Positions 1 through 10,050 of a stretch of DNA of 39,922 bases are shown here, in pieces. Source of the DNA: an uncultured bacterium (GTDB lineage: Bacteria > Patescibacteriota > Minisyncoccia > Phycocordibacterales > UBA918); assembly GCA_913046815.1 (NCBI GenBank), contig CAJWTE010000002.1, positions 1-39,922 of the forward strand, given 5' to 3'. Below the pieces are notes generated by a model. The model searched no databases and was not told where the DNA came from. It saw nothing but the letters and a program-made list of their open reading frames with translations. Within the stretch, counting starts at the first letter, position 1. Each line of letters starts with the position of its first letter. A program made the translations under genes and the position numbers.

Positions 1-1055
1 AAGGTAGCTACTCCGTGCTCTTGTAATGCTCCCGCCAAAATCTCAGATGCTGATGCTGACCCGCCATCCACCAATATCACAATTTTTTCCGGTAATTGCC
101 CATAAAAACTACTCGCCTGACTTCGGTACAGTTTTTCTTCTCTTTCACCTCCATAACTTTCCCGTACCACCACCTTACCTGCTGGCAAGAAGTGACTAGC
201 AATTGCAACAGCACTATCTAAGTATCCACCGGGATTATTACGCAGATCCAATATCAAGTTATCTGCATGACTAGCCTTATATGCAGTGAGTGCTTCTTTG
301 AATTTTGCTTCAGATAAAGCATTAAAACTATAAAGCTCAATTGCAAAGATGTCTCCCTCCTGTCTATATGAAATGGTTGGGATATCGATAATGTCGCGCA
401 CTACAGGAATCTGCATAAATTCAGTAGCCCCCTCTCTAAAAATAGTAAATGTCACTGTAGTACCAACTTCACCCCTTATATGAATAACAGCCTCGTCTGT
501 GGACATCCCTTCAGTACTAGTTCCGTCAATAGCTGTGATAACATCTCCCGCTAACAAACCAGCTCTTTCAGCCGGTGTATTCGCTAGCGGTGCAATAATA
601 GTTATATAACCATTTCTTATACCGACTTCCATACCTACACCGCTAAAGTTACCGGAAATGTCTTCACCAAACACTTCTGCCTCTTGTGGTGGCAAAAAGA
701 CTGTATAAGGATCGCCATAACTGTCTACCATACCAGAAATAGCCCCTTGGACTTTTTCGTCAATACTGACAGTGGTAGTTGAATTAGATACAAACTTATT
801 TTCCATCAGGTTCCATACTCGCCAAAATTCCTGCAAGTCTGCATTTTCGTCTGCTCGTGTATCCCCAAAAAGTAACGCCCATAACCCAGCCTGCATTGGT
901 TCCTCCACCCTATTACCCTGTCCGATATGCAATCCAGACAAAAAAGCTGCCGTTGCCAATACAAGAGCCAATCCGATTCCAAGCAGTTTGGTAGATTTTT
1001 GTTCAACGATGGCTGTTTTTAAAGTTGCATCATCTTTCCTTACAACGTCATGCAT
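1..1055 (-). CDS. ctpA: S41 family C-terminal processing peptidase (3' end outside window)
   Basis: Not in the ORF track because it runs off the edge. Manual translation from ATG 1055 gives MHDVVRK.., an N-terminal TM segment, a PDZ-like region, and the S41 motifs DLRNNPGG and SASASEILAGALQ. Confidence 0.9.
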   Translation of the reverse strand, partial: MHDVVRKDDATLKTAIVEQKSTKLLGIGLALVLATAAFLSGLHIGQGNRVEEPMQAGLWALLFGDTRADENADLQEFWRVWNLMENKFVSNSTTTVSIDEKVQGAISGMVDSYGDPYTVFLPPQEAEVFGEDISGNFSGVGMEVGIRNGYITIIAPLANTPAERAGLLAGDVITAIDGTSTEGMSTDEAVIHIRGEVGTTVTFTIFREGATEFMQIPVVRDIIDIPTISYRQEGDIFAIELYSFNALSEAKFKEALTAYKASHADNLILDLRNNPGGYLDSAVAIASHFLPAGKVVVRESYGGEREEKLYRSQASSFYGQLPEKIVILVDGGSASASEILAGALQEHGVAT

Positions 1056-1138
1056 GTCAGCATTATCGCATGTGGTGCATATCCAGGCAAAAGATAACGT
1101 TTATATTCCACTGACTTTTGTTACAATTGTAATTAACT

Positions 1139-2590
1139 ATGTTTAATTTATTTGATAGCAGGAAAAGTGCGTCGGAGTCACCTCTCTTCCTACATGACTC
1201 CGCTACTGGTGAGAAGAGATTGTTTACTCCCTTAAAAAGCAAAGTGGTCAGTATGTACAGCTGTGGCCCAACCGTGTATAACCATATTCACATTGGCAAT
1301 TTGCGTGCCTACCTGCTTCCAGACATACTCAAGCGCACCCTCCTGTATCTTGGCTACGAAGTGAAGCATACTATTAACTTTACGGATTTTGGACATCTAA
1401 CTGATGACGCCGATACTGGTGAAGATAAAATCATGAAAGGTATGAAGCGAGAAGGATACGAAATCACTATTGATAATATGAAGAAGTTTGCTCTTCCTTA
1501 TATTGAATCTTTTAAAGCTGATAACGAGCAATTTGGAAATATACCTGCCACTGACTACACCAGGGCTACCGACTTCGTAACGGAGCAAGTTAAGCTTATA
1601 GAAACCTTGTCTGAAAAAGGTTACACCTACGAAACGACGGACGGCATATACTATGAAGTCGCAAAATTTAACAATTACGGACAATTAGGAAATATAAACC
1701 TTGGAGCACTAAGGGCAAGTGCCCGCATGGAGGAAAACTCAGAGAAGAGGCATCCGGCCGATTTTGCTCTCTGGAAAAAGTCTGACCTTGGCTTCAAGAG
1801 TAAATGGGGTACAGGGTTTCCTGGTTGGCATATTGAATGCACTGCCATGGCCTTCGCTACCCTAGGTAAGCAAATTGATATACATACTGGAGGCGAAGAT
1901 CTGATGTACACTCATCATAATGGTGAGATAGCCCAGGCAGAATCAGTAACTGGAAAGAAATTTAGTCAATTTTGGTTGCACAACGCCCATGTTACGGCCG
2001 GCGAAGAGAAGTTGGCAAAATCGGCTGGAAACGGTTTTACGTTACAAGATCTAACCGATAAAGGTTTCTCTACTTTTGACTATAGATACTGGCTTTTGCA
2101 GGGACATTACCGTACACGTATGGATTTTTCATTTAAGGCTTTAGAAGCAGCAAGACAGGCATTATCTAGATTGAGGAAATTGGTCTATATAGAGCTGGAT
2201 GACCAGCCAATAAGCGAACCAGATGCGGCCTACATTCGCGACTTCAGCAGTGCCTTACTTGATGACTTGGACACACCAAAAGTAATCGCTACACTGTGGC
2301 ATATAACCAAAGACAAAAACTTAAGCTCCTCAGCCAAGCTATCTACAATAAAAGTAATTGACTCAGTATTGAATATCGGTTTGTCTCTCGATGCGCAAGA
2401 AGGTAAAAGTAAACTTGGTTTTGTAGACCTCAGCTCCCTACCCCAGAACATAAAAGAAGTATTAGCTGAAAGAGAGACTGCTAGAAATGATGGTAATTGG
2501 GAGAAATCCGACCAGTTACGCGAAGATTTGGTGCAACTCGGTTACTCAATCAAAGACACTCCCGAAGGCACAGTTGTTACAAAAGTTTAA
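1139..2590 (+). CDS. cysS: cysteine--tRNA ligase
   Basis: MYSCGPTVY, HIGN, DFALWK, GFPGWHIEC, DIHTGG and a KMSKS-like KLAKS motif. Confidence 0.97.
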   Translation: MFNLFDSRKSASESPLFLHDSATGEKRLFTPLKSKVVSMYSCGPTVYNHIHIGNLRAYLLPDILKRTLLYLGYEVKHTINFTDFGHLTDDADTGEDKIMKGMKREGYEITIDNMKKFALPYIESFKADNEQFGNIPATDYTRATDFVTEQVKLIETLSEKGYTYETTDGIYYEVAKFNNYGQLGNINLGALRASARMEENSEKRHPADFALWKKSDLGFKSKWGTGFPGWHIECTAMAFATLGKQIDIHTGGEDLMYTHHNGEIAQAESVTGKKFSQFWLHNAHVTAGEEKLAKSAGNGFTLQDLTDKGFSTFDYRYWLLQGHYRTRMDFSFKALEAARQALSRLRKLVYIELDDQPISEPDAAYIRDFSSALLDDLDTPKVIATLWHITKDKNLSSSAKLSTIKVIDSVLNIGLSLDAQEGKSKLGFVDLSSLPQNIKEVLAERETARNDGNWEKSDQLREDLVQLGYSIKDTPEGTVVTKV

Positions 2591-2689
2591 ATGAAAGTGA
2601 GTTTAAGTGGCTTATCCCCAACTTGTCCAGTGTTTCAACATTCCTGCACACAACCGTCAACCGCCCCCACATGCTAGAATTGTCACACG

Positions 2690-4075
2690 ATGAGCAATCC
2701 TCAAAATAATCGTAATCTGAGAACTATCCCTAGTAACTTGGAGGCCGAAAAAGCTTTACTCGGTGCAATAATTTTAAAGCCCGAGGCGATGCACGACATA
2801 TCTGTAACTGTCTTTCCGGAAAGCTTTTATGCAGATAAACATAGAGAAATATACCGAGCTATTTTAGAAATATTTACTAAAGGCGACCCGATAGACGTTT
2901 TGAGTGTTAGTGACAAGCTTAGAGCCAATGGACAGCTAGAGCGTGTTGGTGGCGCCACCTACCTTACAGAATTGACGGAAGGTGTACCTGCTGCTGGTAA
3001 TGCCTTGTACTATGCCGGACAGGTTCATGACAAGTCCGTATTGAGAGGTTTGATTCATGCTGGGGATGATATAGCGGAGCTTGGATATTCCAATCCGGAG
3101 GCAATAGACGAAACCCTCGATCAAGCTGAAAAGAAGATTTATAATGTTACTAATATTAGTACAACACAAAGTTTCCGCGCTATTGGCAATTCCTTATCTG
3201 AGGCATGGAGTCGCTTCGAACATCTCAGTGCCAACAAGGATGAGAGGCGGGGTGTGCCAACCGGTTTTACAGCACTAGACAATTTGCTTTCTGGTTTACA
3301 AAAATCAGATTTGGTTATATTAGCGGCTCGTCCATCAATGGGAAAGACCACTTTCGCCCTAGACTTAGCAAGAAACTCAGCCCTCAAGCATGGATCAACT
3401 GTTGGTATTTTTTCTCTTGAAATGAGTGATCAGCAGTTAGTAGACAGAATGCTGGCATCAGAGGCTGGGGTGGACTCATGGAAGCTACGTACTGGTCGAT
3501 TATCTACAGATCAGGAGTTCGAAGCTGTACAAGAAGCTATGGCCAGATTATCTGAAGCTCCCATTCATATTGACGACCAACCAGGTACCAATATTTTGAA
3601 AATGCGATCTTCTGCTCGACGACTTAAGAATGAGCATGGATTGGATCTGCTCATCGTCGACTACCTTCAACTCATGAGCCCTACTAATACAAAGGCAAGT
3701 GATTCTATGGTTCAACAAGTAACTGAGATTTCCCGTTCCCTAAAAATCTTGGCCCGTGAGTTAGATATACCGGTACTGGCATTGTCTCAGCTCTCGCGAG
3801 CGGTAGAGCAACGAGGTGGTAAGCCGAGACTCTCTGACCTGCGTGACTCCGGCTCCATTGAGCAAGACGCTGACGTGGTTATGTTTATTCATCGGGAAGA
3901 CAAAGTAAATAAAGACCAAGAACCTGAAAGACCAAATATCGCAGAGATTTTGGTAGAAAAGCATAGGAACGGGCCAGTCGGCTTGGCAGAACTATACTTT
4001 GATAGCAAACATGTCCGTTTTCTTAATCTCGACACACACCATTCAACAGCAGCGACAGATAATGACGATTTTTAG
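2690..4075 (+). CDS. dnaB: replicative DNA helicase
   Basis: AARPSMGKT Walker A, DYLQL, SQLSR, DLRDSGSIEQDAD and KHRNGP motifs. Confidence 0.98.
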   Translation: MSNPQNNRNLRTIPSNLEAEKALLGAIILKPEAMHDISVTVFPESFYADKHREIYRAILEIFTKGDPIDVLSVSDKLRANGQLERVGGATYLTELTEGVPAAGNALYYAGQVHDKSVLRGLIHAGDDIAELGYSNPEAIDETLDQAEKKIYNVTNISTTQSFRAIGNSLSEAWSRFEHLSANKDERRGVPTGFTALDNLLSGLQKSDLVILAARPSMGKTTFALDLARNSALKHGSTVGIFSLEMSDQQLVDRMLASEAGVDSWKLRTGRLSTDQEFEAVQEAMARLSEAPIHIDDQPGTNILKMRSSARRLKNEHGLDLLIVDYLQLMSPTNTKASDSMVQQVTEISRSLKILARELDIPVLALSQLSRAVEQRGGKPRLSDLRDSGSIEQDADVVMFIHREDKVNKDQEPERPNIAEILVEKHRNGPVGLAELYFDSKHVRFLNLDTHHSTAATDNDDF

Positions 4076-4077
4076 GT

Positions 4078-4689
4078 ATGACTAAGTTAGACAAACTAAT
4101 AAAGCACTTTGAATGTTTTCCAGGTATAGGCGGACGACAAGCACGTCGGTTTGCTTTTCATATTCTCACCTTACAACAAGCCGAGGCAAGTGAACTGGCA
4201 GATCTAATAACCAACCTACGGGGCGAGGTAGTTGAATGTATTGGTTGTAGGCGATTCTTTGCCAGGAATGGCTCGCAATCTACCCAATGTCGCATTTGTG
4301 ACGACTTCAATCGTGACCAGTCTAAATTACTAGTAGTTGAAAGAGACAGCGACATCGATGCTATTGAACGAGGAGGTAGTTATGACGGGCTTTATTTTGT
4401 ACTAGGGGGCACATTGCCTCTCCTCAACTCCAAGGAACAAGCCAAGTTGCGTGGTAATGGATTAAAAAGAAGAGTGGAGGAAAAGATGCTTAGCGGATTA
4501 AGTGAGGTAATACTTGGTTTTGCAGTAAATCCAGATGGTGAGAATACTGCACGTTATGTTGAGACTTTGTTGCAAGACTGGCCAAAAAAGCTAACGGTGA
4601 CTCATTTGGGGCGAGGCCTTTCTACTGGATCAGAGCTCGAATATGCTGATCCAGATACCATCAAGAATGCTTTGGAGAATAGAAGTTAG
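4078..4689 (+). CDS. recR: recombination protein RecR
   Basis: PGIG HhH motif, C4 zinc finger, Toprim domain (DGENTA), GSELEYAD. Confidence 0.95.
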   Translation: MTKLDKLIKHFECFPGIGGRQARRFAFHILTLQQAEASELADLITNLRGEVVECIGCRRFFARNGSQSTQCRICDDFNRDQSKLLVVERDSDIDAIERGGSYDGLYFVLGGTLPLLNSKEQAKLRGNGLKRRVEEKMLSGLSEVILGFAVNPDGENTARYVETLLQDWPKKLTVTHLGRGLSTGSELEYADPDTIKNALENRS

Positions 4690-4709
4690 TAGTATTTCAA
4701 GCAAGACAA

Positions 4710-4741
4710 AAAGAACCTCTGGGTCAACCCAGAGGTTCTTT
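4710..4741. terminator. bidirectional intrinsic terminator between convergent recR and rplU
   Basis: AAAGAACCTCTGGGT-CA-ACCCAGAGGTTCTTT perfect hairpin. Confidence 0.8.
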
Positions 4742-4773
4742 ATTGGATACTACTTTCTACTTTACCCGTTGGT

Positions 4774-5097
4774 TTAAATGCTGTCGATTCTCACTTGTGC
4801 GTGTTGCTGACGATGACCTACCTTTCGACTAAAGTTACTTTTGGACTTGAATCGCAAGATACTGAGCTTTCTTCCTTTCTTGTCACCCAAGTGGGTACCC
4901 TTCACTACTGCGCCAGTCACAGTTGGTGTGCCTACAGTGTCATTTTTCATCAGAACTTCAGTGAATTCGATCTTATCACCTTCTTTGTGATCGCTTAACA
5001 ATTCCACCTCAATAACATCATTGGGTGATACAATATACTGCTTACCCCCAGTAGCAATTACAGCGAAATCTTTATTCTGTTCCTTTTTCTCTGACAT
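4774..5097 (-). CDS. rplU: 50S ribosomal protein L21
   Basis: FAVIATGGKQY, VGTP, GHRQ motifs. Confidence 0.96.
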   Translation of the reverse strand: MSEKKEQNKDFAVIATGGKQYIVSPNDVIEVELLSDHKEGDKIEFTEVLMKNDTVGTPTVTGAVVKGTHLGDKKGRKLSILRFKSKSNFSRKVGHRQQHAQVRIDSI

Positions 5098-5133
5098 AAG
5101 TTTGTTTAGTGGTCGCTATAGTACAAGAAAACC

Positions 5134-5162
5134 TTGCCTAAAGCAAGTCATTCTGCTATTTT
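5134..5162 (+). promoter_or_regulatory. sigma70-type promoter for two small basic ORFs
   Basis: TTGCCT-17 nt-TATTTT with a TGn extension, divergent from rplU. Confidence 0.5.
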
Positions 5163-5189
5163 ACTGTTGGACTAAGCAAGGAGGCAAAA

Positions 5190-5297
5190 TTGTCTAACCA
5201 AAACAAATACAAGCGCCGTTCCATTCCGCCGAAAGGGAAAGCAAAAATCAAGAAAATGAAAAAACAGCGCCAGCGCCGCAAATTTGAAAAGACTTAG
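5190..5297 (+). CDS. small K/R-rich protein, 35 aa (MSNQNKYKRRSIPPKGKAKIKKMKKQRQRRKFEKT)
   Basis: AAGGAGG Shine-Dalgarno directly before a TTG start; below the ORF track length cutoff. Confidence 0.6.
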   Translation: MSNQNKYKRRSIPPKGKAKIKKMKKQRQRRKFEKT

Positions 5298-5308
5298 GAG
5301 GAACCGTG

Positions 5309-5443
5309 ATGGGGCATGGAAGTAACATGCGCGCCACTGGGCAAAAGAAGCGACGACAAAAAAGTTGGGTCCAGAACCCCAACAAACGCGGAGGCCGGCT
5401 TGGCAAAAAACCCCGCTTGAAAAACTGTAAAAGCAAGTCATAG
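5309..5443 (+). CDS. small K/R-rich protein, 44 aa (MGHGSNMRATGQKKRRQKSWVQNPNKRGGRLGKKPRLKNCKSKS)
   Basis: AGGAGG SD overlapping the previous stop, GTG/ATG start, followed by a GC-rich hairpin at 5465-5497. Confidence 0.6.
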   Translation: MGHGSNMRATGQKKRRQKSWVQNPNKRGGRLGKKPRLKNCKSKS

Positions 5444-5499
5444 GCTTTTGATTCAGATTTCATAACCCCTGGAATATCCCGAACGGATGTCCGGGGTAT

Positions 5500-5702
5500 T
5501 TCAATGCCAGAGTAATGAGAGACTTTGAAATAAAGACTATTACTTTGTGTTTTGAATAAAATTCGTAGTCTGGCGAGGACAGTTCGAGATCAATATTGAA
5601 CAGAAAAGCGTAGTAGAACCCAAGCCCCGGTTCAATATCGGCTGAACAATATTCGCAGTGTTAGCGAGGACGTTGTGAGGTCGGTGTTGAACCGGGTCTT
5701 GG
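5500..5702 (+). repeat. tandem pair of degenerate REP-like or ncRNA hairpins
   Basis: ATTCGTAGTCTGGCGAGGAC (5561) and ATTCGCAGTGTTAGCGAGGAC (5651), each capping a long stem; the 5620-5702 stem mismatches are nearly all G-U on the + strand. Confidence 0.6.
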
Positions 5703-5729
5703 ATGGAAGTGTCTTATTTTGATTTTGTA

Positions 5730-6803
5730 CTACTCTGGCTCGGCTGGTCTATCTAGCTGCATTACATCCACTCCCACCGTATCACCGGTGATACGAGTAA
5801 TATCTTTATCTATCTTGTTGAGCTCCTTATATCCAGCATTATAATGATTTACAGTAGTAGAGAGCGTATTGCCAAGCTTTTTGTAGTATTCTTCATAACG
5901 GTCAATGTGACCGGACAGCTTCTCTACATTTTTAATTATATCTTGAGCCTTCTCTTCGATTTCTAAAGCTTTCAATCCCTGCAACACTGTTTGCAAATAT
6001 GCTAAAAAGGATGTCGGTGAGACTATGATCACCTTATACTTACCGGCGGCTCGTTGAATCATATTTTCCTCCGCCGCACCAATTTTGTTTGACAGCAGAT
6101 CATAGTAGATACCTTCATGAGGAATAAACATAAAAGCAAAGTCTGTGGTTTTCTCTGTCGGTCGAATGTATTTGGCAGTCTCCGTAATGCGTAGCTTCAA
6201 ATCATTTATGAAAGCTTTTTCGTATTGCACTTTATCTCCGCCATCCGGCGCTTCTATATAGCGATTGTAGTTCTCGAGGGAAAACTTAGAATCAATCGGT
6301 ATCACCTTCCCTTTAACAAACACTGCCGCATCTACTATTTCTCCATCTGAGAATGCGTATTGCATTTGAAAACTCTCCGGAGGCAGTACATTATGCAGTA
6401 CTGTCTCTAAGTAGTATTCCCCCAATATTCCCCTCTGCTTCGGATTCTTAAGAATATTTTGTAGCTCTTTTAGTTGATCAGCCACCAGAAATACTTGTTT
6501 GCTACTTTCCTTCACTTCAGTAACATTTTTTATTACATCTTTAATCTGTAAATTCACATCACGACTGATCTCTTGCATCAGTTCTTTACTATCCAAAAAC
6601 TGCATCCTGCTACCTTCTTGACTTGCTTTGTTACTCTCATCCAACCTTTTATCCATGGTGCTGGAAAGCTGCTGTAGTTGTTGTTGAAGAAGCAACAAAC
6701 TACCCTCGTCACCACTACTTGCTTTACGCAAAAATGAATTATGAAAAAGCAAAGCTAGAATTGCCAGTAAAAGTGCTAATATCAAAATCTCTAGGACGCC
6801 CAT
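5730..6803 (-). CDS. rmuC: DNA recombination protein RmuC
   Basis: N-terminal TM and coiled coil, RGILGE, IDSKF, AKYI, DFAFMFIP, VSPTS. Confidence 0.93.
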   Translation of the reverse strand: MGVLEILILALLLAILALLFHNSFLRKASSGDEGSLLLLQQQLQQLSSTMDKRLDESNKASQEGSRMQFLDSKELMQEISRDVNLQIKDVIKNVTEVKESSKQVFLVADQLKELQNILKNPKQRGILGEYYLETVLHNVLPPESFQMQYAFSDGEIVDAAVFVKGKVIPIDSKFSLENYNRYIEAPDGGDKVQYEKAFINDLKLRITETAKYIRPTEKTTDFAFMFIPHEGIYYDLLSNKIGAAEENMIQRAAGKYKVIIVSPTSFLAYLQTVLQGLKALEIEEKAQDIIKNVEKLSGHIDRYEEYYKKLGNTLSTTVNHYNAGYKELNKIDKDITRITGDTVGVDVMQLDRPAEPE

Positions 6804-6825
6804 GTTGAGCTAATTTTACCACAGA

Positions 6826-9525
6826 CTAACTACTAATAGCGCTGTGAGCAAAAAAGTGCATTTTTGCTATTTCCACCACAATAAAACCAATAAAAGCGAA
6901 ACTAAATGTAAGTGCCACTATGAAAGCCGGTAGCGGCGTATAGGACAGTATTTCTCTTGTAAATGGAATAGCAATTGCCCCAAACAAGAACAAAAGGCTT
7001 AAGAGTAACGAGGTAAAGAAAAACCGATTCACAAAAAACGGCGTCTTCCAAATTGGAGTCGACAATGTGCGAAATGCAAAAGCGATAAACAAAGAATCTA
7101 TAGAGATAGACAAGAACATCGCACTACGTAACTCATCTATCGGTAGACCCAAACTTACAAGGTAAAAATAAAGACTGACCGTCAGTGAACCTAGCACAAC
7201 AGTTACCATTCCTAAAAAATAAATCATGGTTTTTGACAGCACTCCCTCATGATGAATATCTCTCGGAGGAAGTTTCATGGCCCCTTTCTCTCCCTTTTCA
7301 AAAGCAAATGCCATACCCATCAGACCTTCTTCAACGATATTTGCCCACAATATTTGCACTGGCAAAAGCGGTGTAGCCATCCCCGCTACCAGAGCAGAAA
7401 CAATAAGAGCTACCTCCGTCAGACTGGTAGCGAGTAAATAGCCAATGATCTTGCGTAGGTTGGTGATAATTCGCCTACCCTCTTCAATAGCAGAGTAGAT
7501 GGTGCTAAAACTATCCTCAATCAGTATTAAGTCTGAAGCTTCCTTAGCAACCTCAGTGCCAGAGCCAATAGCTACTCCTATATTAGCCTTCTTGAGAGCC
7601 GGAGCATCATTTATGCCGTCTCCGGTCATCGCTACTATCTCGCCTCTACGCTGCAGCAACTCTGCTAGACGCATTTTTTGTCTTGGTAGAACCCGAGCAA
7701 ACACATGTACGTCTACCAAGGCTCGCAGGATCTCGTCATCAGCCATTGTTTCCAAGTCGCTTCCCGTGAGAGCTGTTTCGTGTGGTCCTGCTATACCCAC
7801 TTCCTTTGCAATGAAGAGCGCTGTTTCACTATTGTCTCCAGTAACCAAAACAATTTTGGCGCCAGCCTCCAAAACACCTTTTATAGAGTGCTTAATATTT
7901 TGTCGAACGGGATCATGAAGTACCAAAACGCCAAGAAAAACAATATCATTCAAAAGACCTGCGGGTTTTTTTGTATCAATTTCTGCCTCTTCCACATCTT
8001 TGTATGCGACCGCTACCAACCTCTTGCCACGACTACTTTCTAAAGTGATTGCTTCTAGTAGAGTTTCTTTCTCGTCTTCAGACAGCTCTTTCCTTCCATT
8101 TGCTCCTACTATATGAGTGGCTTTCTCAAGCAAGAACTCCGGGGCTCCATTAATACAAAGTCGATATCCTCCTTCCCCTTCTGCCAAACCGGCCGCAAAC
8201 CGATTCTCAGAGTTAAATGGTAAATAGTCCACTCTATGCGCATGCCAAGAGTCATCGCTACCATACAGACCAATATCTACTGCCGCCTCCAAAATCGCTT
8301 TTTCTACACCATCTCCACGGGCAACCGCTTTTTCTCCGTCAGTGTCAAGGTAGGCATCAATTGCACAAAAGGCTGTGCTAAATATTTCCTTTATAGTCTC
8401 ATCTTTGTGCCATTTTGATTCAGAATTCTCAGTCACTCCCCCATGAATCACACCCGTGACTTCCATTTCACCAATAGTCAATGTGCCTGTCTTGTCGGTT
8501 AAAACATAGGTAGTTGAACCCAGTGTCTCAGCTGCTAATATATTTCTAACTAGGCCTTTCTTCTTTAGAATAGCTTCCATTCCCACTGCCAAAATAACCG
8601 ACACAATGGCTGGCAAACCTTCAGGGATAGAGGCTACAGCAATAGCTACAGACAACAGGGCCATGTCATGGAATGAATTACCTTGCCATAGACCAACCAA
8701 CAGCACTATGAAAATGAGAGCGAGAATGATATATATAATCATTCTGGATACTTTTTCCATTTCGTATTGCACTGGAGTCTTAGCATCTTGTATTTCATTC
8801 AGACTACTGGCCAGCAATCCAATTTCGGTTTCATCGCCAATAGCAACCACCACGCCAATACCATATCCTTCCGCCACAAAAGTACCCTTAAAGGCCATAT
8901 TGATACGCTCAGACATATGAATGCCAACTACCAAGGGGTCTGTATTTTTTTTCACCGGCAACCACTCCCCCGTTAAAGGAGATTCGTTAACCGACAAATC
9001 TTTGACTTGTAGTAGTCGCAAGTCAGCCGGCACCTGTACACCGCTTTGTAACTCTACAATATCCCCTGGCACTAAGTCTTCCGCACTTATCTCATGACGG
9101 CCTCCATCGCGAAAAACTGTGATCGTGTGTGTTTGCGACTTAGCAAGTTTGTTAAATGCTTTAGAAGCGCGACCTTCTTGAAAAATACTGATTATGACAG
9201 CCAACACAAGTACAAGACCTATTACAGAAGCATCTATATATTCCTCCAATACTGTAGTGACTGCTAAAGCAAACAGTAACACCAATGACAACGGGGACTT
9301 CGCTTGCACTAATAACTTACTCCACCAAGGGGTCTTGGGTGGTGGAGAAAAGCGATTAAACCCATGTTCCTGGTTCCGCCTTGCAACGTCAACCTTAGAC
9401 AGCCCTGCACCATCCACACCTAAAACAGCCAGGACTTCCTCGACGGTATGTGCATGCCAATCATATTGCTTAGCATTATCTTCTTCCTCTCTAGGAACTA
9501 TTGTTGTTGGTGTCTGTATGACCAT
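6826..9525 (-). CDS. cation-transporting P-type ATPase (type II, Ca2+-like)
   Basis: LTGE, IPEGLP, DKTGTLT, TGD and TGDGINDAPALK motifs; about 10 TM helices. Confidence 0.95.
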   Translation of the reverse strand: MVIQTPTTIVPREEEDNAKQYDWHAHTVEEVLAVLGVDGAGLSKVDVARRNQEHGFNRFSPPPKTPWWSKLLVQAKSPLSLVLLFALAVTTVLEEYIDASVIGLVLVLAVIISIFQEGRASKAFNKLAKSQTHTITVFRDGGRHEISAEDLVPGDIVELQSGVQVPADLRLLQVKDLSVNESPLTGEWLPVKKNTDPLVVGIHMSERINMAFKGTFVAEGYGIGVVVAIGDETEIGLLASSLNEIQDAKTPVQYEMEKVSRMIIYIILALIFIVLLVGLWQGNSFHDMALLSVAIAVASIPEGLPAIVSVILAVGMEAILKKKGLVRNILAAETLGSTTYVLTDKTGTLTIGEMEVTGVIHGGVTENSESKWHKDETIKEIFSTAFCAIDAYLDTDGEKAVARGDGVEKAILEAAVDIGLYGSDDSWHAHRVDYLPFNSENRFAAGLAEGEGGYRLCINGAPEFLLEKATHIVGANGRKELSEDEKETLLEAITLESSRGKRLVAVAYKDVEEAEIDTKKPAGLLNDIVFLGVLVLHDPVRQNIKHSIKGVLEAGAKIVLVTGDNSETALFIAKEVGIAGPHETALTGSDLETMADDEILRALVDVHVFARVLPRQKMRLAELLQRRGEIVAMTGDGINDAPALKKANIGVAIGSGTEVAKEASDLILIEDSFSTIYSAIEEGRRIITNLRKIIGYLLATSLTEVALIVSALVAGMATPLLPVQILWANIVEEGLMGMAFAFEKGEKGAMKLPPRDIHHEGVLSKTMIYFLGMVTVVLGSLTVSLYFYLVSLGLPIDELRSAMFLSISIDSLFIAFAFRTLSTPIWKTPFFVNRFFFTSLLLSLLFLFGAIAIPFTREILSYTPLPAFIVALTFSFAFIGFIVVEIAKMHFFAHSAISS

Positions 9526-9591
9526 AAAGAACTAATAAATATCCCCAATTTAATGATATTATAGCAATAACATAAGATTAATTTTGGAGTT

Positions 9592-10047
9592 ATGAATAAA
9601 CATGAGGAAATCAAGGCTTCTTTGCCTGAAATAATGAAGTCCAAAGACGGAGTACGACTCAGAACAATTCGCAGTATGCTGACAGCCTTCACTAACGAAT
9701 TGGTGGCCAGTAATAGAACTCCGCAGGACTGGTTGACTGATGAGGAAGTTATGACTATGATCAAACGTCTGGCCAAACAAAGAAAAGACTCGATTGAACA
9801 GTTCGAAACTGCAAAGAGACAAGACTTGGCTGATCCGGAAAAAGAAGAGTTGGCTGTGTTGGAAACCTATTTGCCGCAAACGATGAGTCAGGATGACATC
9901 AGGACTATAGCAGAAAGTAAGAAGACAGAGCTCCAAGTGGAAGATAAAAGCAAAATGGGTGTACTCATTGGTGCCGTGATGAAAGAAACTGCTGGGACTG
10001 CCGACGGCGGTGATGTAAAAGCTGTAGTAGAGTCACTTTTTGAGTAA
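9592..10047 (+). CDS. GatB/YqeY domain protein
   Basis: KQRKDSIEQF, ELAVLETYLP, MGVLIGAVM..ADGGDV match the YqeY pattern. Confidence 0.92.
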   Translation: MNKHEEIKASLPEIMKSKDGVRLRTIRSMLTAFTNELVASNRTPQDWLTDEEVMTMIKRLAKQRKDSIEQFETAKRQDLADPEKEELAVLETYLPQTMSQDDIRTIAESKKTELQVEDKSKMGVLIGAVMKETAGTADGGDVKAVVESLFE

Positions 10048-10050
10048 ATT

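Noticed and set aside
5172..5463. Minus-strand Phe-rich ORFs of 89 and 71 aa in the track
   Set aside because: They are antisense shadows of the A-rich plus-strand micro-ORFs, which have SD sites and a promoter.
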